In this document: piece by piece, positions 12,721 to 28,455 of the stretch
Position numbering within the stretch: position 1 is the first letter of the stretch
Layout: every line of letters begins with the position of its first letter
Origin: the human T2T-CHM13v2.0 reference genome, Homo sapiens
DNA: 64,000 bases
Strand: one strand, 5' to 3'
NCBI RefSeq assembly: GCF_009914755.1
Contig: NC_060936.1
Notes under the pieces: generated by a model
Databases searched by the model: none
The model's input: only the letters and a program-made list of their open reading frames with translations
What the model was told of the DNA's origin: nothing
Translations under genes and position numbers: made by a program

Positions 12721-13539
12721 CAAAGAGACAATTTCTTACCCATGTTTGACCATGTTTCTACAGTCTCTTATGAGGAGAAATTAAGAATCATATCAGAACC
12801 AAACTTTATAGTAATTTCAGTAGTTGGATGGATGAGATGAAATTTTGTGACCTTGCTCTTGGGATCATAAGAGCAACAGGTGGGAATGGTCTTTTCCCTG
12901 AAGGGAACATGCTTCCGCTGTTGATCACCTATCCACTAAATAAATCTCAGGCTCACAGGATTGGACAGCCGACATTAGATGGACATAGAAAGGAAGAGAT
13001 GCTTCCTTTCTCTTGGGCTAGAAAGTGGTTGATTTTTGTCTTCCAATAAAGGACACACCTGAATGGTTTTGTGGGAATTGAGGAGCTGCCCCTGACACAT
13101 AGATCTAGTCAAGGCATATGCCTGATCAGAAATGGGGGACAAGAACAGGGATTGGTGCCAAAGTTGTACTTAATTCTCAGGGTTGTATCCCCTCTCCATA
13201 GTTGCCCATACAGTCTGATCTCACTTCTTCTGTAAGGAGTAAAAAAAAAAAAAAAAATCAGGAACAAGCCTGCGGCCTTGCTTTCAACAAAGCAAAAGAG
13301 TACAGAGCAGTACAGCTTACAAAAGCAGTGAACAAGGGAAGGTAACTGTGCCCAGCAAGGCTGATGTTTCATGAGGGTCAGGGGCAACAGAACAGCCCAA
13401 CAGATACAAAGTAGAGAAGGATGGATTCAACAAATTAATAAATGGTTCAACATACATTGATCATTGAAAGTAAATGTGATCTTATTTTTAGTTGCAGACC
13501 ATTGAGGCTTAGACCGCTGAATCACATTCATCGTACTGA

Positions 13540-14365
<826 letters not shown>

Positions 14366-15126
14366 CTGGTAATTTTCTTGATCATGCACAGTAGCTGCTG
14401 TAGTCCTCAGAGATTTGCATGTGCTGTTTCTTTTGTGAGAAATCATGTATCCTGGAGGCTGATTCTTCCTTTAATTTGCAAATTAACTTAACCAAAATTG
14501 AAATTAGTGAGGAGGGCATAAAGGACTTAAACATTCTGACAATATTTTATCTTCCTTCTTTAGCTGCAGTCATTGACATTATTGCTGATTCTTTCATGTA
14601 CTATATTAACTAAATTGATCATTCTTAGACCATGTTCAAATGTTTAAAATATAGATATCTTGCTTGTGGCTCCCTTTATGGCTGCTAGAGGAGGTGGATC
14701 TTTCTTTTCGCTTGCTCACTGCTTTTCTCACAATGGACACTTTCCTAGTGCCCCTTTATCACTCATGCACACAAAAAGGTACACACAAAAAGGTCCCCTT
14801 AAACAAGGTACAGTACTTGAAATGAATGAGAGTATTTTAGGAAACAAAGGTTGGATTAACTCTCCCCATTCATACCAACTGTGACTTCAACACAGCTCTT
14901 TGTAAATAAGGGTTTCACAATCATGTGATTTCCTGGCACGCTCATCCTGTTCATGGGGTAAAAGAATGTATTGATCTGATTCTTGACCTAATAATCAAAT
15001 TTCATCAAACTTTTATACAAATTTGATTTACAGCAGTCTAGAATAGAGATTGGTGCTTGCTTTCTAAACAATGTATTTTTACAGAACAGACTGTTTTCAC
15101 TAGAAGTTCTGTCCCAGATTTTATGA

Positions 15127-15428
<302 letters not shown>

Positions 15429-15869
15429 TTCATCTTTCTATTTTTAATTATTGGGGGAGAGCACCCACTAGCCTCTTTGTCTCACTGTGTTCCAATTCTA
15501 CTATTCTGCTAGTATTTCATTGCATAAAAATGATTATGAATAATGACTCATTAATGAGGTTGACAACCTTACACACTCCTTCCTTATAATTGTGGAATAG
15601 AAGTTTTGTGTTTTTATGTAGTTACATTAACAATCTACTAACTACTTTACCACTGATTTTGTATTCTTCTCACTTCATGGTCTGTGCAATTTTCGCCAAA
15701 TATGTGTCCGAAAAAGTATTAAAAATATTATTCTTTTTTCAACACTCACCCAAGTCAATGTTAACAGGCTCTATATGCCATCAGCCCCCATACCAAGATT
15801 TCATTTGCAACAGTTGTTTAAATTATTTTTTAATTATAAAATATTTCATACATTTAAAGGCGGATAGAG

Positions 15870-16680
15870 ATAATTAGCAAATGGAATGCTCAACACCATT
15901 AGTCATCAGAGAAAGGCAAATCAAAACCACAATGAGGTACCATTTCACGCTCAATAGGATGGCTGTAATTAGAAAAGACAGACAATAACAAGTGTTGGTC
16001 AGGATGTGAAGAAATTAGACCCCTCACACATTGCTTGTGAGCACGTAAAATAATGCATCTGCTTTGGAAAAGTTTGGCAGGTCCTCTAGGTTGCATGTAG
16101 AATTCTCATATGACCTACCTATTCCACTCCTAAGTAATGTAAACATATGTTCACATAAGAACTTGTACACAAATGCTCATAGCAGCATTATTCATAATGG
16201 CCAAAAGCAGAACAATCCAAATGTTCATCAACTGATGAATGAATAAACAAAATGTAATATACCCCAAAATGGAATATTATTTTGCCACAAAAAGGAATGA
16301 AGTGCTGATATACGCCACAACAGAAATGAAACATTGAAAACATCATGCTAAGCGAAAAAAAAGCCAATCACAAGACTACATGTGTATGATTCCTTTTATA
16401 TGAAATGTCCAGAATAGGTCAATCTATAGTGATCAAAAGTAGATTGGTGGTTTTCTAGGGTTGTTAAGGGTTGGGGGAAACTGCGAAGTGAATGCTGGTG
16501 GGTACATGATTTCTTTTTGGGATGACAAAAATGTTCTAAGATTGATCATAGTGATAGTTGCACAACTCTGTGAGTATCCTGAAAACCTTTGAATTTTACA
16601 ATTCAAATTGAGTAATATATATGGAATATGTTATATTTCAGTAGAAATGTTAGGAAATAAATAAAATGAATAATTTTTAA
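15870..16680 (+). mobile_element. L1MB (MB7/8-like) 3' end
   Basis: tcatcagagaaaggcaaatcaaaaccacaatgag...aaaaggaatgaagtgctgata...gttgcacaactctgtga. Confidence 0.85.
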
Positions 16681-16757
16681 AACCCTAAATAATTACATAG
16701 GCAATATGTAGTAGACACTCATTAAAATATCTCCAACATTTAAAAATATGTTTGCCA

Positions 16758-17039
<282 letters not shown>

Positions 17040-17119
17040 TTATATAATATATATAGTTTAATATATTTGTTTGCCAATTTTGCACCCCTTTTTTAAGAAA
17101 CAAAAAGTTACAAAATAAG

Positions 17120-18510
17120 TTGAAATCCCCTATTTTCACTTTGCCCATTTTGCCTAGAAAGAACCACTATCATAAAGTTGGTACACATCATTTCCATCTA
17201 TATTTTTGTCTTTTTCATGTGTGTTATAATTTTTGAGATGTAGTCTTGCTGTATAAACCAGGCTGGTCTTGAACTCCTGGGCTCCAGGGATCCTCCTACC
17301 TCAGCCTCCTGAGTAGCTGAGACTACAGGCATGCATCACTGTATGCAGTCCATATTTTTGTCCTTTTACTACTTATATGTGTGTCTATAAATAAAACATG
17401 AGTCTATTTTGAATGTTTTTTACATTTTACATAAATAGCATAATGAAAAAAATAGCCTTCACAGCTTGCTTTTTACACATTGCGTGGTGTTTAAGAAGTT
17501 TAAATCTGTCCATATAAACATATGTAGATCTAGTTATGTACTTAAATTCTGTATAGTATTCCATTGTGCTAAAATAACACAATTAATATCTATTGTTCTA
17601 GTGGTGAAAATATAAGTTGTTTCCAAATTTTCAGCAGTACAAAAAATACTGGGAAAAAAACATTCCTTGAATATGTTTCTGTGGGCATGTCTACATATCC
17701 TTATCTAGGGGTATATACCTGAAGTTGGAAGTTTCTAGGTTATAGGTTATGATCAGTTTAAATAAAGTACAGTATAAGCTTATTTTCAAATCATTTATAC
17801 CAAATTACATCTTGCTGGCAGTGGTTGAAATATTATTACCTCCAACCCCTGGCCATGATTTAAAACCATCATTTCAAATTTTTGTCAATTTGATGGTAAT
17901 GAAATAATATCTCATTGCATTTTAATTTTATTTTCTTGAATTCTGGTGAGATGGAACTTTTTTTCATGTGTTTGTTGCTTTCTAGGTGTTGTTTCTGTAA
18001 ATGTTTTTCTTTTCCTTTGCAAGGACTGTTTATATAGTCTGGATAATAATCCTCTGTTAGTTATACATATTTCAAAAATCCTTCCCAATTTTGGCTTGCA
18101 TTTTAAATTTTTAAATAGCATCTTTGTCAGATGCAAATTTAAAATTTTTATATAATTAAATTTAACCATCCATGTCCTAATGGCCAGGAATTTTAGTGAT
18201 ATGAACATATTCTGCTGTATTTTTTCTAAACATTGTAAGGTTTTTGTTGTCATATATGGATGTTAATCCACCTGAAATTTATTTTTTGTATTTATAAAAT
18301 AGATAAATACTTTTATTCTTTTCCTCAAATGGCTACTTGTCCCAGAACCCTTGCCCTACTGATTTATAATTGTTGTATATCAAGTTTCCTGTATAGATTT
18401 TTGTGTTTCTGAATTATTCTTTCCCCTTAGTCTATTTGTCTTGCCTTATGTTAATAAAATGCTGTTTTAATTGCTATACCATATAAGTCTTGCTATCTTG
18501 TTGTTTTTTT
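17120..18510 (-). mobile_element. Old L1ME fragment (3' end probably continues at about 15810-15860)
   Basis: ctgtatagtattccattgtg, ttgtttccaaattttc, aataatatctcattgcattttaatt, ggataataatcctctgttagttata: antisense L1M 3' region. Confidence 0.75.
17230..17350 (-). mobile_element. FLAM (Alu monomer)
   Basis: Single monomer gagatgtagtcttgc...gagactacaggcatgc. TSD atatttttgtc on both sides. Confidence 0.85.
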
Positions 18511-19311
18511 CTTGTACCCTATCAGCACTGACCAATCACAGAATCAGAATAAACTTGAGAAGCAGTATACTTGGGGAAATAAATTTCTCAAAATGATAAG
18601 AAGTTGGCACTGGCTCTGGAATGCTGTTTGGAATAATTTACCGTGGTACCTGTTAGTGATATGTGCAACTATCTGAAAATGTTTTTAATCACAGCCAACT
18701 GCTATGATTTTAGTTTATAAAGATAACTGCCTTTGGACTTTGAATACTGCATCTATTAAATAGAAGAGTTTTCATCTGAAGTTGTATAGAATACCATTAA
18801 AACACTGGAGCTATAAGAAACACACAGAACCTTTTTAAAGCTTCTTATACATAATATAACACTATGTGTCCATGAGAAAACCATTTTAAAGGCAAGATAA
18901 CTAAATTCTGGAATAGTAAGACATGTTAATCATAATAGGAAATCTGTCATGCATAGCAGACATTTATATATATTCTGTCTTTAAGTTTTACTGCCAAAAA
19001 GTTTTGAATATGAGGAAACATACTGATAGAAAAAAATAAGAACATGAAAAACGTCTTACTACACAGTAGGAATTAGCACTAACTAAATAGGAACATTTCT
19101 AACCCTCAGCTTTTGTAATGCCTGTTGGGATATTTCATCTGAATAGAACACCACAAATTAAAACACGACATTTCTCAGATGATTTGCGCCCCCTATCAGC
19201 TTCCCCTCTTCAGCTTCTTTATTTCTGTCATGTGTACCCTTGTCTTTACAGTTTCTCAATTATAAAAGCTTGATGTTATCTTTTATTTATTTTACCTCTG
19301 TATACTCTATC

Positions 19312-19815
19312 TACGGTAGGCAGAATAATGGCTTCCTCCCTTTCCCCCAAAGATGTCCATGTCCTAATTTCTGAAACCTATGAGTATGCTATGTTATATC
19401 CAAGGTGGTATTATGGTTGCTAATAAACTGACCTTAAGGTTAAAAATGTATCCTAGATTGTACGGGAGGGTCCAATGTAATCACCAGGATCCTTTAAGCA
19501 TGAAGGATGGAGATGGAAGAGTCAGGGTCAGGGTGATGCAGCCTCAGAAAGACTCAGCAGGAAATATCTGGCTCTGAAGGTGATAGAGATTCAGGAGTCA
19601 AGGAATGCAGGCAACCTCTAGAACCTGGAAAAGGCAAGAAAACAGATCTCCTACAGCCCCCGGCAGGAAGGCAGCCCCATTGAAACCTTGATTTTAGCCC
19701 AGTGGAACCAATTTCAGGCCTCTGACCTTTCAGGATGGTAAGATAATAAACTTATGCTGCTCTAACCCATCTAGTTTGTGGTAATTTAGGAGAGCAGCAA
19801 TAGGAAACGAATACA
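19312..19815 (+). mobile_element. MLT1D MaLR solo LTR
   Basis: ggtaggcagaataatggc...ccccaaagatgtccatgtcctaat...ggaaaaggcaagaaaacagat...gcagcaataggaaacgaataca. Confidence 0.88.
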
Positions 19816-19845
19816 CAATTCAATTACTAATCATATCTTCATTGA

Positions 19846-20238
<393 letters not shown>

Positions 20239-20281
20239 TAGCTCCTGGATGTTGCCATAGATTCCTAACAATGATATAGGG

Positions 20282-20818
20282 CAGTGGTTTCCAACCTTTT
20301 TGGCACCAGGGATGGGTTTCATTGAAGACAATTTTTTTTACAGACCCAGGGGGTGGGGGATAGTTTTGCAATGATTTAAGCACATTACATTTATTGTGTG
20401 CTTTATTTATATTATTAATACATTGTAATATATAATGACATAATTATACAACTCACCATAAGGCACAATCAGTTGGAGCCCTGGACTTGTTTTCCTGCAA
20501 CTAGACAGTCCCATTTGGGGGTGATGGGAGACAGTGACAGATCATCAGGCATTCGATTCTCATAAGAAGCTTGCATCCTAGATCCTAGATCCCTCCCATG
20601 CAGAATTCACAATAGAATTCGCACTCCAATGGGAATCTAATGCTAGGGCTCATCTGACAGGAGGTGGAGCTCAGGTGGTAATGGGAGGTATGGGGAGCAG
20701 CTGTAAAAACAAATGAAGCTTCACTCACTCACTCACTGCTCACCTCCTGCTGTGTGGCCCAGTTCCTACCAGACCACAGACTGGTACCAATCTGTGGCCT
20801 AGGGCTTGGGGACCCCTG
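20282..20818 (-). mobile_element. MER1A hAT-Charlie DNA transposon (non-autonomous), full length
   Basis: Termini cagtggtttccaacc / ttggggacccctg. Perfect 8-bp TSD ATATAGGG at 20274-20281 and 20819-20826. Confidence 0.92.
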
Positions 20819-20929
20819 ATATAGGGGATCTTGTCCTAAACTGTGAGTCAGGTCTAGTCTATTTCTGCTGTTAATTAGCTTATGACCTTAGGCAACCTCT
20901 CTGCTAAATTTCCTTGCTCTCCACCCCAA

Positions 20930-20990
20930 TACACACACACACACACACACACACACGTGTGCACACACACACAAACACACATACACACCA
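20930..20990. repeat. (CA)n microsatellite
   Basis: Long, interrupted CA run. Confidence 0.9.
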
Positions 20991-23900
20991 GACACCAGAA
21001 ATTGAGTAAGTTGACTAAGATGATTATTACATTTCTTTCTAGTTCTTGTTAGTACCATTTTGCAGTCTGTTTCTTGCTTCCTCACATCTTCTATACATCA
21101 ATCCAGAATTATTCTTAAAACCTGTTTGGTATAAATTAAATTCTTATGTAGAAGCATGCATTGACTTTTCACTGCTTAGGGATTAAATAAGGCCCTATTA
21201 GAGACCTTTAACCACCTGCCCACTGCCCCATCTCTCTGCCACAGTTTTTCTTTTCCAGAGTTCACTACTCACTGCAGCAAAACAGGTCTCATTCATTCCT
21301 GAGACATGATCTGTTCAGGCTCTTCCTCCTTCCTGAAATACCCATCGCATTTATATCTAGTTATCAGAGTCCTGCTCTTTCTGTAAAAGGCCCAGCAACT
21401 ACCACTCCCCTGGGACTGTTCCTCCCCCACAATTGCTGCCTACACTGTGTTTCTCAAACCAAATTATCATGAGAACTTATAAATGATCTAAGTTTTCCAA
21501 CTCAACACTGAAGATTGAGGATTGTAGAGAGACGATAGAAGAGGGATAAAAGAAAAGAGAAACTAGTTCAAAAGAGTAAGGCTTTGCCTTTCAAGTCTCC
21601 GGAAGGAGTGGGGGAACAAATGTGTTTGGAACTGATCTAATATGACTTGCATTATTATTTCTTTGCCAGTATGTCTTGTCTCCCAAGGTATAACTCCTTA
21701 GTGACAGAGTCATTTCTAATATTTCTTTTTATCCTTGTCATTTTTTAAAAAAAGATGTCTTACCAACAAAAACTACTTACTTGTTTGCTCAGTGTTGTAA
21801 TACAAAAATGATAATGACATTAATACACCAAATCCAGTTTTAGCTTCCACAATTCATGAGGATAAAAAATACATAATGAGCTCATCAACCAAGTATTTGT
21901 TAAATTCCTGCTTGTGTATAGTACATGTTAGCAAAATAATCCCCAGTACTGGACGGTGTGGACTCTCAATCCCCCTCATTCCTTGGCCTCTGAATCCCAC
22001 GTTTTCAGCATGACTTTTTGGTAGGTGCCAAATATAACTCATAGTTCTCTAACCCCTCTTGAATTTCTCTGGTTTCTAGGAGGGAGTTCTCCTACCAGTG
22101 GTCCAAAGCCTACTTCATTGCAAGCTGTGTAGTCACAGCCATATTGCCAGGGCAGTCAGCTTCATCCAGTGGAGCAACATGGAGGCCTCGAATGAATACA
22201 AGATGTGGCTCATTGTCCAAAAACAAGGGCAATTTCTTAAGAAACTGGGCATCTTTATGAGAAATTTTTAGATTTCCTCAATTTAGTTAACCCATAATAG
22301 TACTTAGTCAGATTCTTTGCTTGAAACTTTCTGTCCAAACCATCTATTCAGCCAATATTTGCAGGTCTGACTAGAGCATTATCTTCATGGGGGCTCTCTC
22401 CAACTTTGCCATTTTATTCTAAAACCAGAAGGACTTCTGTATGATCGATTTACACTGCTATACTCCATGATGCTAATAGCTGAGTGGTCATGACGAAGGT
22501 GAGCTCTTGGCTCAAGTCTGGGGTGATAAGTTTAATCCAATGTGAACCTGAGTACTTGGTCTGAAATCCCAGACACTGTGTCAGCACATATCCGTCCTTG
22601 AGAATCTAACACAATACTATTTAAAAATTGTTTCATATAGCTAAGTATTTCACTTTTTCCTATTTGTTCTCTTTCTAGTCAGCTCTCTTCCAGGTTTTTT
22701 GTTTCTTTTGTTTCCCACACTTAAGTTCATTTCTACACACATATTGTACCAACTGTCAGTAGCATACAAATGCCTCCTTCTTTGGCTTGTCAGTGACATA
22801 AATTTTCTCTAATATAACCTGACAAGGGCGTTGTAGTAGAAATGTCATTTATTTCTCTCATTTAGTCATAGATTTTAAGTCTCTTTCAAAGACTCTGTAT
22901 CTTTCTCATAGAAATTCCTTTGCCTATACAATATTTTTCTTTCCCACACAGAACATATATTTATATGTGACATAATGAAGCTGGCAAGGAAATGACTGTT
23001 TCAGCTTTTTAAAACCACAATAGTAGCTTGGAGCTAATATACAATGGGCTAGTTAGTTCCATCATACATACATACAGGTACATGTATTACACTACCATCT
23101 TTAAACCATGAATCATATACATTCTCATTCATATACACAGCCATGCATATAAATTAACTGTTGCTGCACAGCCACAATCTCTCACATTTCCATTTTCTTC
23201 CAATCTTTCTCCGTCTCTTCTACTTCTTAACTATGTTCATCATAACCAGGACTATGACATACTGGGTAAACTGGCTATCATGCCCAATATATCTGGAAAA
23301 ACATTTAGACACACTGCTTTGCAGAATGAACACAGCTGGAATCCAGAGAACGGTGCAAATTTTTTTAAAAAAATTTCTATATTATATCATCTTACTTGAG
23401 GCTATAGAATAAGCCTTACATGGTCACCTTCAAGTCTTCTCTCTTCTAAGAATCCTCAATTCTTTTATTTTCTATCTTTCAGCAGTTGGTGCTAAAAATG
23501 GTGGGTTGCCACCACCCCATAACATGCTAGCTCTCTCTTGGGAGAGCACAGGTGAATTGAGGGCTCTTTACAATCCTTCACGGACATAGGCTTGGGCAGC
23601 TCAGAATCTTCAGAGTCAAGCAACTGTAAGACAAACGAACCTTTTTCTTTCTAATATTGGTCACCACTCATAGCAAAATTTCAATGCACGATCATGCTTT
23701 AAAGAACTAGACCTGATGATAGCAAGAAATTCTTTTCCCTTACACCTTAACTATTGCATTCACCCTCCTTTCCACTCCCTGCCCCACCCTCCTGGGACTA
23801 TTGACTGGTGTTAATAATCCCAGAAGATTGTCTCCCTCATAGAAAGACTAACGCATACTTAACTTCATAGAAAGACAAGTAAAGTGATGTCCTTGGAATT

Positions 23901-24811
23901 TCTGCTTGAATTTGGTGCCCTGGACCCTCTTATTGAGAGATGAGATTCCAGGGTGAGAGTAACAGGCCAACTAGTCAAGAAAGAAAGCTATTTGTTTTTC
24001 TTTTGAACTATGAAAAGTCCCTGTTTGTGAGTGTATTTTAGAAAGAAGAAAGGAAGGATATGTCTGGAACTTTGTCCTGTTTTCTGCAACAAAATGTGAA
24101 TGAATAGTTCAAAGAGTGAAAACTTTTAGTAATGCTTGATGATGTCTCTCAGGGATAAGCTGGATCCCCAATGTTTTGAAGATGCTTTGAGTCCAAAAAT
24201 TGATAATCAGAAAACTACTTTGTGTTTGTTTAATGTATCCCTGTTCTGATTTCAATTAAACTCCACATTTTGTTTTACAACAATAGATGAAGAAGACAGT
24301 CCTCTTCTGCCACACACATGTAACATCTAGCTGGACACAGCAGACACAGATGCCCAGAATCTTGAAGCCTAGCTCAGGGTGACCCAGGTTGTATCATGGC
24401 CTACAAAACTGTGACTGGCCTGAGTCTTCAGGTCTACATGGGGCACTTGCTCTATGCAATTGCTTTGGGCAAGAGTAACTGACTATGCAGAAAGGATGGT
24501 CAGGATTTAAGGAAATTGCCTGGGAATGTCTTGAGAAACTCAGTCCAGCCTTTGTGACGGCAATATAGCTCCTGGGATGTAGGCAAAATCTGACTAATGC
24601 ATGAGACTTAACAAGGAAGATGTAAATAGCAATGGAAGATGGAGAAACAGTGAGTATAAAACTAAAATTGGGGAAAAGGCCAATGCAAGCTTCGAGGTCA
24701 CGCTGCCATAGTTGAGAAGGAGTAAAACAGCCCAGGATGAAATCCTTTAATCAGGAAGAATCCTTCTAATTTCAAAATGTAAGCTCTTTAAGTGCAAGAA
24801 ACTAAGGCTTT

Positions 24812-25274
24812 TGTTAGGAAAGGCAACGTGCTAACAGGCCCTAAGAGTCCCTGTCCAGTATTGCTGGATATACCAAGAATTCACGGCTCTCACTGGTCTT
24901 CACCTGGGCCTTTCTTCAGGATTATGTTTGTAGCAAGCAACAGCCTTGGAGGGATAAGGTAGTATCTTCTCCTAGACAAAGAACAGACTTGTTACCCTGC
25001 ACTCAAAGTTCTCTAAGCACAGTGTTCCTCTCTCTAATGAGTGTGTAGGCATCTGTACAGGCCCCCCTATGTCATCCCCATGAAATTTGGGGGTCGTGGA
25101 AAATTGATACAAGAAAATGTGAAGATCATGCTGCCTGTTACATCATAAGTAATAGAGTCCTTTATCTCCGATTCAAGAGTCTAATACCTTTTCCCAGTGT
25201 CCATGATACAGTAACAGGCTAGCCTATTAGCTTGAAAGTAGAGTAAAATCCCAGACTGTCTATAGTTCCTGACA
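24812..25274 (+). mobile_element. ERVL-type solo LTR (MER70/MER76-like) inserted in an L2 3' end
   Basis: TG...CA termini (tgttaggaaaggca...gtaaaatcccagac...gttcctgaca). 5-bp TSD gcttt/gctat. Homologous to 56687-57152. Family name uncertain. Confidence 0.75.
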
Positions 25275-26278
25275 GCTATATCCCCAGCACCTAGAAAAGT
25301 AAAATCACATAGCATCCTATTTATTGGTGGTTAAAAGTTTGTGCTAGGTGTTCGCTTTTCAAATTTAATTAAATCAAATTAACGGGATTTCCATTAAGAA
25401 ATGTTTCTAATAATTTCTGAATATTTGTCAAATCATATATTAAACAGTTACCAAAAAATATTTGGGAAAGAGCATCAGCATTTTAATTGCATTACACATC
25501 ATGTTTTTAATTCATTTGTTTAATTCTAAAGATAGCCATTTTATGAAGATAATAAATACCAATAATAAGGAAATTTTAAAAAATCTTTCATTATTAATTT
25601 TTCAGTGTACCCAGACCAGAATCAAGATTGAGAAGCCTTGGAAAAATAAGCAACTCAATTTTCCCCTTTGGTCTAAGGAAGACATTGATTCAAAGTCCTC
25701 TGAGTTCCATTAAGATTTCAGGGGTAATCCTCTCACTTGTGTCTATAATTGATTTATTAATAAAATAACCTCTGATTAGTTATACCTTTCAACAGAATGT
25801 TTTTCCACTTACACAATAAAAAATTAAACAGTTTAGACTTGAACTAATATTTGAACTAATAATTGTGTACCCATCTGTGTGCTATGCACTTTCATATAAA
25901 CAGTGATACAAAATCTCTTGGCAACACATGGCCAGCGTTAAGTCTCTGTAACTGGCTCATTGTATTTTTTTCAATATGTTGCAATCCTTTTTGCATGTGG
26001 ATTCCACACCTTTCTAAACACTTAGTAATTTACAGGAACAGCAACCTTTTTTTTTCCTGGTGAGAGGTTATGGAATTTGTTTTTACCGAAATGCAGAACT
26101 TCCTTTTCATTTCAAGTAATGTGACACTGTAAGCTGCTAGCATGGCCACAAGTAACACTGAAACAAAATTTCAGGCAAAATGGATCATCAATGTTTAATT
26201 CAAATCTTTAAGAACGGCGACTGCCTTGAAAGGATCTTCCTGAATAATCTCTTCTAGGTGTCTAAAACTATATTGTAG

Positions 26279-26645
<367 letters not shown>

Positions 26646-26722
26646 TCACACTGTTTTACCACCACTCTCTCAAAACAATTTATTCACAGAGAATTCTGGA
26701 GTTTTGGGATTTGGACATATTG

Positions 26723-27057
26723 CAGGGTTCCCCACATCCCAGGCCATGGACCACTACCTGTCAGTAGTCTGTTAGTAACCGGACCACACAGCAGGAGGTG
26801 AGCAGCAGGTGAAAGGGCATTACCACCTGAGCTCTGCCTCCTGTTAGATCAGCAATGGCATTAGATACTTATAGGGGTGCAAGCTCTATTGTGAACTGTG
26901 AGAGACCTCAGTTGTGCACTCCTTATGGGAATCTAACTAATGCTTGATGATCTGAGGTGGAACAGTTTCATCCCAAAACCATCCCCCCAACTCCATCCAT
27001 GGAAAAACTGTCTTCCATGAAACCGCTATCTGGTGCCAAAAAGGTTGGGGATCACTG
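26723..27057 (+). mobile_element. MER1B hAT-Charlie DNA transposon
   Basis: cagggttcccca...acacagcaggaggtgagc...tggtgccaaaaaggttggggatcactg; about 335 bp. Confidence 0.9.
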
Positions 27058-27431
27058 CTTTACTGGCCATTAAAATCTCATCTTTATAAATGAATGTCAA
27101 AGAAATCATTAACATTATTCAGATCATTACAATGGGCTAAAAATATAGTTCCATTGGAAGAAAAAGAAACACGGAGTTGTAAGTTTTCCTAGTAGGTGTT
27201 TCACATAATAACAATGCAAGTCTTCCTAAAATGTACCTCTATTTCCTATGTCATCACATAGCCAGGATGACAAACATTATGCAGATTTGCCTCACTGAAG
27301 CTCTGAAACAGAATTTTTAAAGGTGAACAGTGATCCTATGACAGACAAATAAAGTTGTCTTTCTTTTGTCTTCATTTTTTTAAGTATTGTATATCATTGT
27401 TAGTCATACCCAGTTTCTTGAGTATTCTTTC

Positions 27432-27731
27432 TTTTTTTTTTTTTTTTGAGACAGAGTCTCACTGTCACCTAGGCTGGAGTGCAGTGGTGCAATACCGGCT
27501 CACTGCAACCTCTGCCCCCTGGGTTCAAGTGATTCTCCTGCCTCAGCCTCCTGAGTAGCTGTGACTACAGGTGCCTGCCACCACGCCCAGCTAATTTTTT
27601 TTTTGTATTTTTTAGTAGAGACAGGGTTTCACCATATTGGCCAGGCTGGTCGCAAACTCCTGACCTTGTGATCCACCCGCCTCGGCCTCCCAAAGTGCTG
27701 GGATTACAGCCATGAACCACTGTGCCCGGCC
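27432..27731 (-). mobile_element. AluSg-like
   Basis: Full antisense Alu, tgaccttgtgatcc. TSD ttgagtattcttt / ttgaggattcttt. Confidence 0.93.
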
Positions 27732-28063
27732 TTGAGGATTCTTTCTACACTGTCACTACAATTGGAAGACTGAAGATCCTCGATGGTACAGACTATTGCT
27801 TACTCTTCAAGTATATTTGTATAATTGTGCCTAGCTCGGTGCTTGGAACATTGTAATTATTAATAAATGTTGGTTGAATAAATAAATTTATATACCCCTA
27901 TATTCAACCCTCAACGTATTACCTTTTTATCTCTACGGACACTTTTTTGGATTCCTCCTATATGTGAATTTCATCCAAATATGCATGTCATCCTTCTATT
28001 CCCTCTCCTTCTTGGGCCTTTCAGCTCCAACTGATTGCTGGATATTTCTCTCTGGATGCTCTG

Positions 28064-28455
28064 TGTATTAATCTGTTCTCACATTGCTGTGAAGAAATAA
28101 CTGAGACTGGGTAATTTATAAAGAAAATAGGTTTAATTGGCTCATGGTTGTGCAGAATGTGTAGGAAGCATGATGCTGGCATCTGCTCAGCTTCTGGGGA
28201 GGCCTCAGGAAACTTACAATCATGACAGAAGAGGGAGCAGGCACATCACATGGCCAGGGCAGGAGCCGGGTTAAGGGAGGTGCCACACACTTTTAAATAA
28301 CCAGATTTTGCAAGAACTCGCTCACTATTGAGAGGAAAGTAGCAAGGGGATGGCACTAAATCATTCATGAAAATTCAATCCCCATGATCCAATCACCTCC
28401 CACCAGGCCCCACCTCCATAAGATCTGTGGGGGGACACATATCCAAACTTTATCA
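28064..28455 (-). mobile_element. MSTA MaLR solo LTR
   Basis: tgtattaatctgttctcacattgct...ggaggcctcaggaaacttacaatcatg...atccaaactttatca. TSD ctctg/ctgtg. Confidence 0.9.

Noticed and set aside
23837-25862. Short direct repeats (tcatagaaagac x2 at 23837/23865; ttgaactaata x2 near 25840)
   Set aside because: Two copies only; ordinary slippage duplications with no array structure.
27961-27995. Resemblance to antisense U6 snRNA 3' end (tgcatgtcatcctt versus tgcgtgtcatcctt)
   Set aside because: Only about 14 nt match well, similarity does not extend, and there is no TSD; likely chance. cmsearch with the Rfam U6 model would settle it.
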